Below, one piece after another: positions 62,680-64,000 of a stretch of 64,000 nt of DNA. The notes beneath the pieces are model-generated. The model worked only from the letters and a program-made list of their open reading frames with translations. It ran no database searches and was not told where the DNA came from. This DNA is from Thalia democratica (taxonomy: Eukaryota). The stretch is taken from assembly GCA_965202585.1 (NCBI GenBank), contig OZ241832.1, forward strand, positions 33,542,001 through 33,606,000, in the 5' to 3' direction. The position numbers and the translations under genes were made by a program. Positions within the stretch are counted from its first letter, which is position 1, and each line of letters begins with the position of its first letter.

Positions 62680-64000
62680 TATGTGTTAACATTAATCTTT
62701 AAATTAATTTAAAATACTCCAGCTTTTCCTTTTTGGTTCAGCTACGTCTCCTCATAGAAAAAGTAGTTAAATTTACGCCAATTTTTTTTGCACGCATATT
62801 TGATCTCTTTCATTTGGTCTTATTTGAAAAAGCATTTGTTTTTTTCATTAATTTTTAAGCTTATTTTACTATAAGTATTTTAGAATGTAGACAATGCTGA
62901 TTATACATTTCTATAACACAAAAAACTTTTGCCTTTTTTGTTACTTTGTTGTTCTAGAATCACTTAAATAAATTTTAATCTTTTTTTGTTAGTGTTTGCT
63001 AATTGTTGTAGTAAAATAGGGCTTAAGCTCGTCGAAGCATGAAAAAGTTTTGAAAATTTTATCTAAAAATTTTAACACAAACTTAAACATGTTTAAAACA
63101 AACTTAAAGTAATTGACTATTAGATTGAAACACGGTTTTTAAAAAAACTGTGATGATGTTCACTTTAGTGCTTAATTTGGGTTCCAAATAATATATTTAC
63201 TAAAGATTAACATGTAAGCTATGATACAAAGGTTGTTGTTGCGTAAAATGGTTTGGTATTTGGATTATATACCGCGTTGCGCAGTAAAAATTTAAGCAAG
63301 TTTAGGTCATACCATACCAATATATTGCAATATGGAAAACTATATTTGCAAGTAAACAATTATTTGGCGTTTTTTTTTTGTTCCTACGTCACTACAGTAT
63401 TATAATATCAAAACACTCAATATTGATAAAATTGCGATGCAGTAATTAATTAGATTAAAATTTTTCAATAGCGTTATGAAAGAAGCACTTATAAATTTAA
63501 TTAAGGGGGGTTGGAGTAACGAGTATCCAGTCTAAACGGTAATCAATTTTTGGACAAATGTTGTTAAGTATAAGAGTTACAAACAACACTTAATGTGGTC
63601 CTAATTTAGAACAATCAAAAATTGAAAATATGCATTGTAACTATGTTTTTTGGGAACAAAGATAACAGATATACAAAGAAAATTTTGATGCTTTTGTTTT
63701 TATGCCACATTTATATTAACATGTATAACTAATTCCAAGCAAGTTAATCAGAGTACGATTTTTTTATAAACTACATAGATTACAGATTAAAAAAATTAAA
63801 ATTAAATAACAAATGCAATCAGTAGTTTGAGTGTTCTTATACATTTAAAAGTCAGCATAACTTTAAACTTAGATACAAAACTATTATTAAAAAAGTATTT
63901 TTTTAAATTATAATTATTTTTAAAGATTAAACATTTTTGAAAGTATTATATAATGTATCAAAATAAAAAATTTAGGTCAGCATTAAAAAATTTGTTTTTT

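Noticed and set aside
62700-62820. Possible upstream exon of the coiled-coil gene
   Set aside because: No frame gave a phase-compatible, stop-free link to the 61705 acceptor.

Overview
Very AT-rich animal genomic DNA with short GT-AG introns. No rRNA, tRNA, CRISPR or prokaryotic operon signal was seen. A tunicate-like host is inferred only weakly, from an exact match to the Ciona-type 16-nt spliced leader at 31450-31465. Gene models spliced by hand, with exon phases checked: a TSSK-like pseudokinase (minus, runs off the left edge) head-to-head with an intronless single-TM acidic-repeat gene; an intronless RING-finger gene; two tandem paralogous two-exon genes, each with a novel 60-aa N-terminal exon and three degenerate homeodomains; a three-exon Maf-family bZIP gene with near-perfect Maf elements upstream; a four-exon secreted cationic Cys-rich prepropeptide; a secreted VWA-domain gene carrying an in-frame TAG; an intronless GC-rich SLC43-family transporter; and the 3' part of a coiled-coil gene. 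Repeats: a 5'-truncated CR1-group LINE, Tc1/mariner- and hAT-type MITEs, a five-copy SINE-like family, a 1.53-kb tandem duplication with an integrase relic, a template-switch-type inverted duplication, and a 120-bp palindrome containing a minimal hammerhead ribozyme core. All calls are by eye; no database searches were run.
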